Origin: a virus
Direction: 5' to 3' (one strand)
Length of the DNA stretch: 64,000 nt
IMG/VR virus record: IMGVR_UViG_3300013131_004609
Coordinates: 4,751 to 68,750 of that record
The notes beneath the pieces are model-generated. The model ran no database searches, was not told where the DNA came from, and was given only the letters and a program-made list of their open reading frames with translations. Made by a program: the position numbers and the translations under genes. This document shows, piece after piece, positions 48,354 to 58,900 of this stretch. Each line of letters opens with the position of its first letter. Position 1 is the stretch's first letter.

Positions 48354-50977
48354 TACCTTACTACATTCCTACCCCGAACTTCGATCTCTTAATGAGCGTC
48401 GAAGACAATAATTTTTTTGAGATCGTAGGAACGACTAAGGCTTCCTATGGGCCTAATGACGTGAGGACCTACTACAACTCTGAAGTCAAGGTAAAGATAA
48501 AAAAGTCTTCTGGTACAAAGAACATAAATGACTTCAGCAAAGTTGTAGTCTCCATCAGGAGAAAACCCCTTGCTATCGGTCAAACAAGAGTATCACTTCC
48601 TGAAAATGCCCTTCAAGATTTTTCAGCATCCAGTCAGACTTCTTCAGAAGTGCCTCAGCAGATAAACACAGCGTATCTAAACAGTACTTTTGGCCTAAGC
48701 TTTCCTCCTCTTCCTTCTTCTTTGGAGAAGAAACTTTATTCTGGGATGCAAATAGTTCAGGATGCCGGCAAGAGAGAAGAAATAGTAGCAACAAAAGACA
48801 TAACAATCTCTCTTTCTACGGAAGAGCTAAACCAGTTCTATAACGTTCCTTCTCTTGTTGAGACCGCAAGTTCTCCTCAGCGTTCTTCTTCGCCCCCGTA
48901 CGTCGAAATAGATCCCTCTAATCTATTGCAAAAAATTAATAGAGAGTTGACAGACATAACTGAGCCCGTGACAGAAGAAAATTTGTCCTCCTTATCTTCT
49001 CCAACTGTACCCTCTGTTATTGAGGCTTACACAACCAATACTCTCAAAAAAAGAAGTAGATCACTTTATGGTGGAATAGTCAAGTATTATTTGGACGACG
49101 TTGCAAGAAGACCTGATGAAGACTCGATTAAAAACTACTCTACAAGCAGCGTCATTAGACAATTGACAGATTTTGAGTTCACTACCACATTGAAGATCAA
49201 TAAAACACTGAAAAGTGAAGCACTTGAAGTAGTGTACCAACTCTATCGAATACAGTCAAATGTTCCCGAAGAGACAATAGTCAAACCTCTAGACTTAAAA
49301 AGACACACAGAGGCGTTCGAGAGCATACAAAATCCACCTATTGTTTCTTACACAAGTGTTCTTAGTGGTTTCATTAGGAGCGGATTCATCACCATAGTCG
49401 ACAAAGAACAGAGAGGGAAAGTAGCTAGTTTCAAGGTCTACTCAAAAGACATTACACCGAGTGGAGAGACCACTTCTTACGTTTTGATAGACGAAATAGC
49501 CAACAATGATCAGATATTGTCCGCAGGAATAAGTCCTAATTCCAATCTGTCGGTCATAAGAGTCGTTCCTGTTGCTTCCAATGGAGAAGAGTCCAATGTT
49601 TTCACAAACATAATGATTGGGCCTGGTCATTCTTCTACAGGAAATCTCTCTATAGTCTGTAAGCCGATCCCCTCCGACGCACCCCGAGTAGAAGTTACCG
49701 TCTACAACATTCCTAAAGAAGCCCAGCGTCTAACTTTGTTTAGGAGGGTGGTCAGTGAAGGTTCTCTTGGGAACGATTTTTCGGCGGATGCATCATTAGA
49801 TCTCGGTGCCGACAATAACAATACCGGTAATTTTACTTCAAAGATTACTGATCCGAATCCTGCTCAGTACACCGAGTATTTCGTTCAAGTCGACCTTCCC
49901 TATTCAGAGAAGTTAAATTCTGAAGTAGTTCTGACACAAAATACTCGTGTGTCACAGCAAACTTCAGGTGTAGACGTACGTCTTACTGAACTTAAAAAAA
50001 TCTCCGAAGGAAACGACTATAAAGTTTCGTTCAAGTTAGAAACTGTTGTTCTACCAAACGAGAACGCTAGAGTAGTAGAATTATTAAGGAGCAGACCTGA
50101 ACTGAAAGAAATTTACGATAGTCTACAGAGCCCTGCGAATCAATCGAGCTCCGGCGCCGCCACGCCTTCATATGAAAAGCCGATTTACGCCAATCTCTAC
50201 GTTCATGAAGTAGTAAGAACAGACCTCAACACGGGTGAAAGATCTGTTTTTGACATAATAAGCGATGGAACTTTTATTGATGACCGTAATACTAGGTCAA
50301 AGAAGAACATAAACGATATAAACCCGCAGCATGCCTATGCATATCAAGTCTTTACTTACGAAAAAGATCCCATAACTCTTTTGCGGAGGTACGTCCTGTC
50401 AGTCAAAGATTCCGAGTCAAAGACCTACTACTATGTTCCCTACAAATGGAACAATCCAAGCATCAACGGATACAGAACGATGCCTGCAACGGACAGTGAA
50501 GATCTTCCAATCTTGTCTGAATACTCTAATTTTACAGCCAAACCACTCGGAGAGAAGAACTTAGTGACAATTCAAGGGTCTGGTGAATTCGCGTCTGTCA
50601 CTCGTGTGATTGCGACAAGAATAGACAGAAACACGAACAGAATAGATTGGGATTTTGACATATCAAACTACAGCAGTGTTTATGACTCTTTCGTAGTGAT
50701 GAAGGTCGTCAATGGTTATAGAAGCTTCGTTGGAAGGACAAAAAATAACTACATTTATCATGAATTGTCTTCAAGAGACTTAGGAAGCATTTACTACACA
50801 GTAGTACCAATAACTTCAGAGTTTGACATAGACACACCTGCACACTCGGAACCAATCGTCCTCCGACCAGATGGAATATTGATGCCCCAGGTAACGCAAG
50901 GAGTCATTGAAATTCCTGTTGTTTTCTCAGACCCTCTACTTCCCAGACCAGACGGAGTATTTTTAGGAAATAGATAG
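48350..50977 (+). CDS. Large putative virion protein with Fn3/Ig-like repeats
   Basis: 875 aa; FKVY, IRVVPV..NGEES and Y.VVP-type Fn3 strand patterns. Confidence 0.55.
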   Translation: MIPYYIPTPNFDLLMSVEDNNFFEIVGTTKASYGPNDVRTYYNSEVKVKIKKSSGTKNINDFSKVVVSIRRKPLAIGQTRVSLPENALQDFSASSQTSSEVPQQINTAYLNSTFGLSFPPLPSSLEKKLYSGMQIVQDAGKREEIVATKDITISLSTEELNQFYNVPSLVETASSPQRSSSPPYVEIDPSNLLQKINRELTDITEPVTEENLSSLSSPTVPSVIEAYTTNTLKKRSRSLYGGIVKYYLDDVARRPDEDSIKNYSTSSVIRQLTDFEFTTTLKINKTLKSEALEVVYQLYRIQSNVPEETIVKPLDLKRHTEAFESIQNPPIVSYTSVLSGFIRSGFITIVDKEQRGKVASFKVYSKDITPSGETTSYVLIDEIANNDQILSAGISPNSNLSVIRVVPVASNGEESNVFTNIMIGPGHSSTGNLSIVCKPIPSDAPRVEVTVYNIPKEAQRLTLFRRVVSEGSLGNDFSADASLDLGADNNNTGNFTSKITDPNPAQYTEYFVQVDLPYSEKLNSEVVLTQNTRVSQQTSGVDVRLTELKKISEGNDYKVSFKLETVVLPNENARVVELLRSRPELKEIYDSLQSPANQSSSGAATPSYEKPIYANLYVHEVVRTDLNTGERSVFDIISDGTFIDDRNTRSKKNINDINPQHAYAYQVFTYEKDPITLLRRYVLSVKDSESKTYYYVPYKWNNPSINGYRTMPATDSEDLPILSEYSNFTAKPLGEKNLVTIQGSGEFASVTRVIATRIDRNTNRIDWDFDISNYSSVYDSFVVMKVVNGYRSFVGRTKNNYIYHELSSRDLGSIYYTVVPITSEFDIDTPAHSEPIVLRPDGILMPQVTQGVIEIPVVFSDPLLPRPDGVFLGNR

Positions 50978-51042
50978 ACGTTAAAGACTCCAGACTCACA
51001 GTCGTCTAATCGACTTACACTTGCAATAGTCTCAAGGTAAAA

Positions 51043-54000
51043 ATGCCAACAAAAAATGACCCAAAAGATTTTTTCAAGAGCTCTAGCTCTTCTAGAGTAG
51101 TTGCAGGGACTTCTTTGAAGTCTGTAGTACCTAATGGAGATTTGCACGGCAGTCCCATAATTGCCCCCATAAACCAGACTCTCGACTTGATTGCAAGAGT
51201 TCCTCTTGAGATAAAGCCGATTTTGCCTACACCTTTTCAGCAACAAGACCTCACGGTGCAGAGACTTCCCGTATCGCCTCCACCTGGAAGCGGTCAACCA
51301 CAGGTTGCTAATCAAGGTGATCCTATAGTCCCGCTTAGCTCCCCAGACAGTGACTACTTCTACTTGACCGGTCTCAAAGAGGGGCAGCCTACAATAGTAT
51401 TGACCTCTGAATTCATACCAGTCTATCAGGAATCATCTAATAATTCCACAACTTTTGCCCTTTCATCACAAGGAAGGTCGCTGCAGACAAAAGAAGAAGC
51501 AAAACTTATGACTGCAGCGACTGCAATAACTGCTCTCTCCCAGAGTCTACCCGTCTTGCAACTAGTTCGAGAGAGCAAGTCAGTTCTTAATTCTTTTTTG
51601 CGGTCTTTGAGTCCATCTGGAGAATCTTCTACAAATATAGAAAAATTCACTAAAGACTTTTACGGTCTTGAATACGACATCTTACCGTCTTCTTTTGAAC
51701 ACTCAGTCGCATTCCCCAATGACTTCTTTTCATTCTTGAGTGTTCATGGTCATTCCACGCAAAAAGTACAGAAGTACTCTGAGAGCAAGCTGTGGCTTCA
51801 GACACTAGTCGAGGCGAAGAGAAGTCTACTGTCTTATTCACCTTCTGTGAGAGAATATTCTCGAAGAACAAATCTCAGTGAAGACAATAGTCCTGTTCAA
51901 ATTTCTAAGAATAGTGCCGACCAACCAAGAGTGTACTTAAATCCTTACACGACTGACATTTCTTTCGTCACAGACGTAGAGACTCTTAAAAAAGCGTCCG
52001 ATCTTTATCCACTTATGGAAACGTCCATCTCTGATGCGGACAAGAAACAGTACTCAAGACATTCCAAAGTAGAGAACATACAACAGGACGATTTCAATGC
52101 AAATTATTCTATGGGCGATGATCAATTAAACTGTCTCTTTTCGGTCGTCAATGTAATGAAGGAAATAAGGTACTCCCTGTACTTTTCTAAACCTCAAGCG
52201 ACAGTCGACAATAGAAACATTCTTGGATATGAAAGTCCTGACGACGGTAGAAACTATAAGTTCTGGGACGCCATCTTTGGAAACATACCCGACAGAATTA
52301 CCGACAAGATAGTTCCCTATAGAGCGTCGGCACTCTTCGAGACATCTGCGCTGTGTTCTTTGAGTCAATACTATTATCCTGACTCATTGGTTAAGGGCAC
52401 AAAAGTTTTAACTTTCGAGTCATCACCTCCTGCTGACACGGTCTCTGGATTCCGATATTTCTTCGAGAAAAACATAGAACAGACTATCGATAACGGACTC
52501 ACGACGCCTCCTACAGACGAGTACTTGACGCTTCTCGCTTCTTACTGCGTCAACTATAGAAATGTGCTAGGACTTGCAAGCAGCGCAATAAATGACTCAT
52601 CATTTATCGCCGAGTCACACAGAAATTTCAGCGCCATCGATGAAATGTGCGCCGAGGGGACAGCTCCCGGTAGTGTCTACCTCAAGCTAAAAGATCTCAT
52701 AGGTAAACCTCAATTCTCCTCACAAGGTTCGGTACAAAGGTTTCAGTCGATTCTCTGCAAGTTGGCCTTGAGTGGAGATAATAGAGTAAAGACCTTGAAG
52801 ACCAACTTGTTCCTGTGGTTCATGTCACAGATAATAGAGGCCGACAATCGACCCGGGTCTCTTAGGACTTCCATAGACTTCTACGAGAGCAAGATAGTGG
52901 AGAACGTCTACTCCATTTTTCAAAAGTACACTAAAGAGAGACTAGAAGAGGACAGAAACAAGGGCGCAATCATCAACGTACAAACATACAGCTCATCGAT
53001 CGCGCGAGGCACATACGCAGGGACTGTCCGATTGATGCTAACAGGTTACTTTTTCCCCGTGATCAAGCGTCTTCTAACTGCAGTCTACAAAGATCCGTCG
53101 ATATACAAGATCGTAGCCGGCAAGAAGGTGACTGCATATTCAGGATTGAGCGTCGGTAATTTCTTGTATTCTTATTTCGACATGCTCTTGAGAGTAGTAT
53201 CGATGCAGACACCAGAGACATTTAAGTGCTTCTTTGAGGTGGACATCCATAACAATTCAATGAACAATCCTTTCTCGCAACCAGCAGACGAAGGTAAAAT
53301 TCTAGGGATATCTGTCACGCCTCCCACTGAAGAACAAAAGCTCGAATATTTCAACTTGACTTATCCGGGCACCGGTCCCATAAGGCCTTATTTGGAGAAA
53401 ATCTCATACGTCTACAACAAGTCCTTCGAAGACGCGGGAGAGAAGATCGAATACGTGACGCTCTTGACTCAATTCATAAACAGAATAGACACTCAGGTGT
53501 CTAATGCAAAGAGATTCCTGAAAGATGGACGTCTCTATGGCTACCTTCAGACTTTTGAAAGCATCTTTGTGAAAGAAGTCGACGCAGTTTGGGTGAAATC
53601 AGACTCCAACAGAGTCAAGAAGACACTCATGAAGATGTCACTACACAAGAACCAACTAAAACTTTTAAATCATGCTCACGGTGAACTAAGAGACAGAATC
53701 TTACAAGAAGAGACCAACACCAACAGCCTCAAGTCTTTGGATCCTACTCTAGAAGGTCTTCTTCCCAAAGAAAATTTCACAGACTTGCTTCCCATAGATG
53801 ATTTAGGAATGGTTTCTTTCAAGCTTTTATCCTCCTTCTATAAGAGATCGGAGTTTAGTCCCAACAAAGGAAACAACAAGAGGATCATTTCGGTCGGAAT
53901 TCCTGACGGTCTACTCGAAAAATTACAGTCGAGTCAATCCAGAAAAAACAAAGTCATGTCGAACCACGTAAGACTTAAAGTCTGGAAATTGGACAGGCTT

Positions 54001-54870
54001 TATCCAGACGTACTCTTTAGACCGATAGAGTACGTTTTTGACATGAACAGATTTCCAACGAGATCACTGAGAAATTGGGAATTAAATTCGAGAGATTCTC
54101 AAGGAAGAGAAATTACATCTATACCGACAAAATACTACAGCTCGACACAGAATCGCTTCTATGTCCACAAAAATGTTAACGAAGCAGAACAACTTAGTGG
54201 TCTAGTACCAACAGACGTACAAGAATTTTCTGACTTCATCACAGACCCGCAAGCCAGGAGACAGTTCATCTCTACGGTTTACAACAATCACGTCAAAAGC
54301 TTTCTTTGCGAGGAGTACTTGAAGTGGTACACCGATGTTTCTTTTAATGAGACAGACTTCTACAATTACAACAAATTGAATGACACTGATCTCACAACAT
54401 CGTATCAGAGATTGATTGAAGCACTTCGTCGAGGCAGCACACAATTCGGTAACCTGAACGTTGCCGAATTTATCGATCCACTCAACGGCGATGTTGTTAG
54501 TGTTCCCATACAAAGACCGCAGCCGGCGACAGCGGCAATACCACAGACGAATACTCAGACTACGGTACAGCTTTCAGACACTACAGTTTCCTACTTGAGG
54601 TCCCAGAGTTACTTAACAAGCGCCTTTAGGCAGCAGAAGAAAGTCCTGTATCCTAAGAAATTCGATAGAGTCTTTCATGTCTTAGTAGACCCAGACGATT
54701 TTGTCGTAGAAAGTTCTGTCTTGACACCCAGAAGAAAAGAAGAACTGATAAAAGGACCTTTCATGATGACAAATTCTGGAATAATCGTTAGAGAAGACAC
54801 CCGTCCTGGTGAAGTTTCTTTTCAAGAGTTTTTTGTCTCTATCGAGCCCTACGAGGGCGCCCGCGGCTAA
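51043..54870 (+). CDS. Large hypothetical protein, probably virion-associated
   Basis: 1275 aa uninterrupted ORF within virion block; no family recognised. Confidence 0.55.
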   Translation: MPTKNDPKDFFKSSSSSRVVAGTSLKSVVPNGDLHGSPIIAPINQTLDLIARVPLEIKPILPTPFQQQDLTVQRLPVSPPPGSGQPQVANQGDPIVPLSSPDSDYFYLTGLKEGQPTIVLTSEFIPVYQESSNNSTTFALSSQGRSLQTKEEAKLMTAATAITALSQSLPVLQLVRESKSVLNSFLRSLSPSGESSTNIEKFTKDFYGLEYDILPSSFEHSVAFPNDFFSFLSVHGHSTQKVQKYSESKLWLQTLVEAKRSLLSYSPSVREYSRRTNLSEDNSPVQISKNSADQPRVYLNPYTTDISFVTDVETLKKASDLYPLMETSISDADKKQYSRHSKVENIQQDDFNANYSMGDDQLNCLFSVVNVMKEIRYSLYFSKPQATVDNRNILGYESPDDGRNYKFWDAIFGNIPDRITDKIVPYRASALFETSALCSLSQYYYPDSLVKGTKVLTFESSPPADTVSGFRYFFEKNIEQTIDNGLTTPPTDEYLTLLASYCVNYRNVLGLASSAINDSSFIAESHRNFSAIDEMCAEGTAPGSVYLKLKDLIGKPQFSSQGSVQRFQSILCKLALSGDNRVKTLKTNLFLWFMSQIIEADNRPGSLRTSIDFYESKIVENVYSIFQKYTKERLEEDRNKGAIINVQTYSSSIARGTYAGTVRLMLTGYFFPVIKRLLTAVYKDPSIYKIVAGKKVTAYSGLSVGNFLYSYFDMLLRVVSMQTPETFKCFFEVDIHNNSMNNPFSQPADEGKILGISVTPPTEEQKLEYFNLTYPGTGPIRPYLEKISYVYNKSFEDAGEKIEYVTLLTQFINRIDTQVSNAKRFLKDGRLYGYLQTFESIFVKEVDAVWVKSDSNRVKKTLMKMSLHKNQLKLLNHAHGELRDRILQEETNTNSLKSLDPTLEGLLPKENFTDLLPIDDLGMVSFKLLSSFYKRSEFSPNKGNNKRIISVGIPDGLLEKLQSSQSRKNKVMSNHVRLKVWKLDRLYPDVLFRPIEYVFDMNRFPTRSLRNWELNSRDSQGREITSIPTKYYSSTQNRFYVHKNVNEAEQLSGLVPTDVQEFSDFITDPQARRQFISTVYNNHVKSFLCEEYLKWYTDVSFNETDFYNYNKLNDTDLTTSYQRLIEALRRGSTQFGNLNVAEFIDPLNGDVVSVPIQRPQPATAAIPQTNTQTTVQLSDTTVSYLRSQSYLTSAFRQQKKVLYPKKFDRVFHVLVDPDDFVVESSVLTPRRKEELIKGPFMMTNSGIIVREDTRPGEVSFQEFFVSIEPYEGARG

Positions 54871-54899
54871 GCACTAGTTACGTCAATTAAGGTAAAACT

Positions 54900-56756
54900 A
54901 TGTCTTCAACAAGCTTAAGACTTTCAGATCCTTCAGAATCAATAGATGATGTTGATATACCCGAGGTTACTGGTCAAACTTCAAGTTTTGTGTACAATTA
55001 CTACTTGAAAGACGAGAGAGTATCAGATAACTCGTACGGTTCACTGGGTCCTTCCGCCGGGTTGGATAAAATAGCGAGATACGTCACCGTGTCTTGGAGG
55101 AAGCCACCACTGTCTTTCAATGGCTATCAAGAAAGGACTTTAAGTAGTGGAAAAACTATTGGAATAGTCTCTATTGAAGAAGCAGACTCCAAGGGCCTCA
55201 TAATGTCTGAGGACAACTACTTCAATTTAGGATACCTAAATCACACATTTTCTAACGTGTCTGCGATAGAGCAGGGAGCATCTGACTTAGAAAATTTCAC
55301 AAGAATGTCGAGTTTTGATGCAGAGAGTATGCTGAAGATGGCAAACTTTCAAGTGAGAAGGATTGCGTCCCAAACTAGTAATTCTTCAGTTGAATCGAAA
55401 GCTCAGAGCCTAGTATCCATATCTGATTCTTATAAGACACTTTCCGATTTTCCAAGAACAGCTTTGGGGCTCAGGGTATACAATTCGGAGGGAAAGCTTT
55501 CCGATAATGATGATCTTCTTCGATCGATCATCGAATCTCTAACTTTGAACATAAAGCTCAACAACTCAGTGATATCAGATATTTTTTCGGAGTCTGTTCA
55601 AAAAAGTCAAGAAGATCTTCAGACGATGAGTGTGTCGTACGAGAATTCAGTTCAAGGGATAACTGCTGGGTCTACCCCTGGAAATCCACTTCGCCCGGTC
55701 TTTATAGATTCACCTGGCGGAGAAGATTTCGGCAATTCTGTTGAAATAATTGGTTACACAGTCGACAAATACTTCTACGACAACGGATCGTTCAAAAAAA
55801 TTAATCGTTTTTATCTAGAGGGAGCTGACAATACTGTCGTTAATGACACAGCAGTTTCCTACGGAAAGAACTATGTCTATGTCATAAAAACAATCGCATC
55901 TCTTAAGATGTTTCTTTACGAGTCTAATACAAGTTCTGTAAAAAAAGCCTTAGTGTACGTAAGTTCAAGAGGTTCTGCCACTAAAATACAGACCATAGAG
56001 AATGTCCCACCACCAGAACCATCCGACATAAGATTCTATTTCGACTACAAGAAGAGAAGCTTGTCTGTCACTTGGAAATCTCCTGTCAACCCACAGAGGG
56101 ACATAAAGCAGTTCCAGGTGTTCAGAAGAGCAAGCATAAAACATCCTTTTGAACTGATTGCTCAGTATGGTTTTGACGATACTATACCCGGTCCCGGCGG
56201 CCAGAGGTTCAAGACTTCCGAGGTAGTGGATGCAAACAATCTGCAACAGATGAAGCCTGAACTTCGCTATCTGGTCAAGAATAGCGAAGTCATAGTTAAC
56301 GAACACGTAGACTTAGATTTCGTGGTGGACCCAGAGTTTTACACGTCTTCTGAGTACATCTACGCTATCTGCAGCGTCGACGCACACGGAATGATTTCTA
56401 ACTATTCCACCCAGTACAGAGTTACTTTTGATAGCTACAAAAACAAACTTGTGGTGTCGACAGTTTGTGCTTCAGGGTGCCCCAAGCAGTACCCCAACTT
56501 AAAGTTGAACGTCGACACTTTTAAGGATGTAATCAGCGTTTCGGGAGACAACTCGAGGAGTTTGTCTGTTTACTTTACACCCGAATATTTAAAATTAACT
56601 GACAGCAGAAGAAATGCAACACTCAAGGTAGTTGAAGCAAAGACTCCTATTGACAGAAATCCTTACTACGTCTTGCAGATGATAAATCTCGACAATCAAA
56701 AAATGCAGTTAGTAAAAATAAACATAGAAGACTCTAGCGGTCTTACGACTTTGTAG
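54900..56756 (+). CDS. Putative virion protein with Fn3-like domains
   Basis: IIGY.V.K..D..V.YG..Y.Y; PPPEPSD..VTW...FQVFRR...YIYAICSVDAHG..S.YS. Confidence 0.6.
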   Translation: MSSTSLRLSDPSESIDDVDIPEVTGQTSSFVYNYYLKDERVSDNSYGSLGPSAGLDKIARYVTVSWRKPPLSFNGYQERTLSSGKTIGIVSIEEADSKGLIMSEDNYFNLGYLNHTFSNVSAIEQGASDLENFTRMSSFDAESMLKMANFQVRRIASQTSNSSVESKAQSLVSISDSYKTLSDFPRTALGLRVYNSEGKLSDNDDLLRSIIESLTLNIKLNNSVISDIFSESVQKSQEDLQTMSVSYENSVQGITAGSTPGNPLRPVFIDSPGGEDFGNSVEIIGYTVDKYFYDNGSFKKINRFYLEGADNTVVNDTAVSYGKNYVYVIKTIASLKMFLYESNTSSVKKALVYVSSRGSATKIQTIENVPPPEPSDIRFYFDYKKRSLSVTWKSPVNPQRDIKQFQVFRRASIKHPFELIAQYGFDDTIPGPGGQRFKTSEVVDANNLQQMKPELRYLVKNSEVIVNEHVDLDFVVDPEFYTSSEYIYAICSVDAHGMISNYSTQYRVTFDSYKNKLVVSTVCASGCPKQYPNLKLNVDTFKDVISVSGDNSRSLSVYFTPEYLKLTDSRRNATLKVVEAKTPIDRNPYYVLQMINLDNQKMQLVKINIEDSSGLTTL

Positions 56757-56814
56757 AGAGTCACAAAAAAAAAGACGTTATACTTACAGTGGAGCAGGAG
56801 CAGAACGAAGAAAC

Positions 56815-57567
56815 ATGGGTTACCTCGATCATTCTACAAATAACATAATTCTCGATGCCGTTTTGACTGACTATGGTAGAAGTCAACTTGCTCTCGGTGG
56901 ATCAAATTTCGAAATAGCAAAATTTGCTTTCGGCGACGATGAAGTCGATTATACTATCATAAAGAAATATGGAAGAACAGTCGGGAAAGAGAAGATAGAG
57001 AAAAACACACCTATTTTCGAAGCTTTGACCAATGAGAACATAGCTCTTAAGTTTCCTCTCATTGGAATTAGTAACAATGCAACTCTAAGAACTGTCAGGC
57101 TCCCCGTCATGAGCGCAACTGTAACACCGATTGTTCTAGGACAAGCAACTTCAAATTCAGGAAACGCTACAAGCATTACTACGGCACCTGTCAACATAAC
57201 TGTAAGATACAAAGGAAACACGGCCGACCCAGCAACTTTGCAGACAGATTTTGCAAGTACATTAACAAAGTTTGACATAACTGTCTCTGGAAGATTTTTA
57301 TCAGTTGGAAACAACGGTGGAGGCGCAGTGCCTCTTGTGTCTTCTTCTCCTACCGATGCAAACAGGACAGAGAGATACAAATTAAGTTCTACATCTTCGT
57401 CCACTGTCACTTTTAGCTTGACATCAAAGACCATCGATGCCACTACTCTCCAGATATATGGACAGAGAATAAGCTCGACACAACGTCGGATAACTACGTA
57501 CGTAAAAGTAACCAATGAGTTGGGAACTACTCTTGAGATCCCAGTAACTTACACCGCTCTAGGATGA
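56815..57567 (+). CDS. Putative baseplate protein with tail-collar-like N-terminal motif
   Basis: MGYLD....ILDAVLTDYGR..LA.G...I.KFAFGDDEVDY. Confidence 0.65.
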   Translation: MGYLDHSTNNIILDAVLTDYGRSQLALGGSNFEIAKFAFGDDEVDYTIIKKYGRTVGKEKIEKNTPIFEALTNENIALKFPLIGISNNATLRTVRLPVMSATVTPIVLGQATSNSGNATSITTAPVNITVRYKGNTADPATLQTDFASTLTKFDITVSGRFLSVGNNGGGAVPLVSSSPTDANRTERYKLSSTSSSTVTFSLTSKTIDATTLQIYGQRISSTQRRITTYVKVTNELGTTLEIPVTYTALG

Positions 57568-57584
57568 TTTAAGGATAATCAGAA

Positions 57585-58883
57585 ATGGCAACTACATACA
57601 AAGATCTTTCGGGAGGCAACGGATACAAGAAGACGACTCGTTCCTTTCTAAATCAGCTGATCGACGTCATAGCAGAAGATGTAAGCGGATCCACAACAAG
57701 AAGAAAGTATCAAGTTTTCGTCACAGGCGGCATAGGTCCTGGAGTTACGTCTTCTCTCTTTCAGACAGTCTACGACCAAGATTTCACTCTTCAAACTTCC
57801 AACCCCGTATTCGATGTAACTTTTGGTCTTGCGCCACCGACGTCAAATCCATCAGGATATGCTGACAATGCTAAGTCTGGTGTCGACGACAACGGGAAGT
57901 ATCTGTATCCGAGCAACTCTCTCATGATGAGAGAGAAAACAGACATATACGGACAGTTTGCACAGACTCTCTTAGGCAATAGAAACGGGGTATTTTCTCT
58001 ACCTCAAGACGTGACCTCAGCAGGAGTCAACACAGACAGGGTCGACGCTGCTCTGTTCATTGCTTTCAAGAGGCTCTTCGCAAGAGACCAGATAAAGAGA
58101 GAGACTTTTGCAATGAAATTCTTTCAGTCTGCTTCTTTCCCGACGAAGTCAGGCGGAAGTGACATGCCTCCCGACCTCACCAGCAACGGCGTCACAAACT
58201 TGTACTCAGGGTCCAGGCAAGGACAAGCAATTTTCACTGACATAGGTTCTGCCGAAGCAAGATACTTCTCGCCAGGAGGTCAGTACGGATATCTCGTCAA
58301 CGCTTCTAACACATCCAAGGCAGTCGGACTCTTGTACTACGACTCCGGAATCGTCGTCCTCGACGTCGAAAAATGCATATCTGGTTCTCAGTTCGCATCT
58401 GGGTCCATAAAAGCCATGACTCCAACTGGAGTAATGATGCTCGGCGGCGACGGAACTGCTGGAGCTTTGACAGCAAAATTCATTCCTGATCTCATAGTGT
58501 CAGGGTGCATAGACGACATCGTGGACCACTTCTGTTACTCAAGAATGGGCATGGAAGAAGAGACTTCTATCACATTCCAAAATGTGACAAACATAAACTC
58601 TTCTCTCATATTCTGTAGAGCAACGGCAGATGAGTTCAACTTCTCTTCAAATCCTACTTACATTGATTCTTCTCAGACAGGAACCAATGAAGGAAGACTC
58701 TCAATATACGACCCAGCTCTCGATGATAACAATCAAGAGTCCTTCACGTATATTACTACGATCGGATTGTATGACAACAGCTCATCAGATGCACCAGGTC
58801 TTTTGGCAGTCGCTAAATTGAGCAGACCCGTCGAAAAGAATCCTGGAAGAGATTTGACTTTTAGAGTTAGACTCGACTTCTAA
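57585..58883 (+). CDS. Putative baseplate protein with tail-collar-like C-terminal motif
   Basis: G..YY..GI, EFNFSSNPTY, YITTIGLYD..LLAVAKLSRPV.K...RVRLDF. Confidence 0.65.
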   Translation: MATTYKDLSGGNGYKKTTRSFLNQLIDVIAEDVSGSTTRRKYQVFVTGGIGPGVTSSLFQTVYDQDFTLQTSNPVFDVTFGLAPPTSNPSGYADNAKSGVDDNGKYLYPSNSLMMREKTDIYGQFAQTLLGNRNGVFSLPQDVTSAGVNTDRVDAALFIAFKRLFARDQIKRETFAMKFFQSASFPTKSGGSDMPPDLTSNGVTNLYSGSRQGQAIFTDIGSAEARYFSPGGQYGYLVNASNTSKAVGLLYYDSGIVVLDVEKCISGSQFASGSIKAMTPTGVMMLGGDGTAGALTAKFIPDLIVSGCIDDIVDHFCYSRMGMEEETSITFQNVTNINSSLIFCRATADEFNFSSNPTYIDSSQTGTNEGRLSIYDPALDDNNQESFTYITTIGLYDNSSSDAPGLLAVAKLSRPVEKNPGRDLTFRVRLDF

Positions 58884-58900
58884 TGGACTAAGATGATAAA

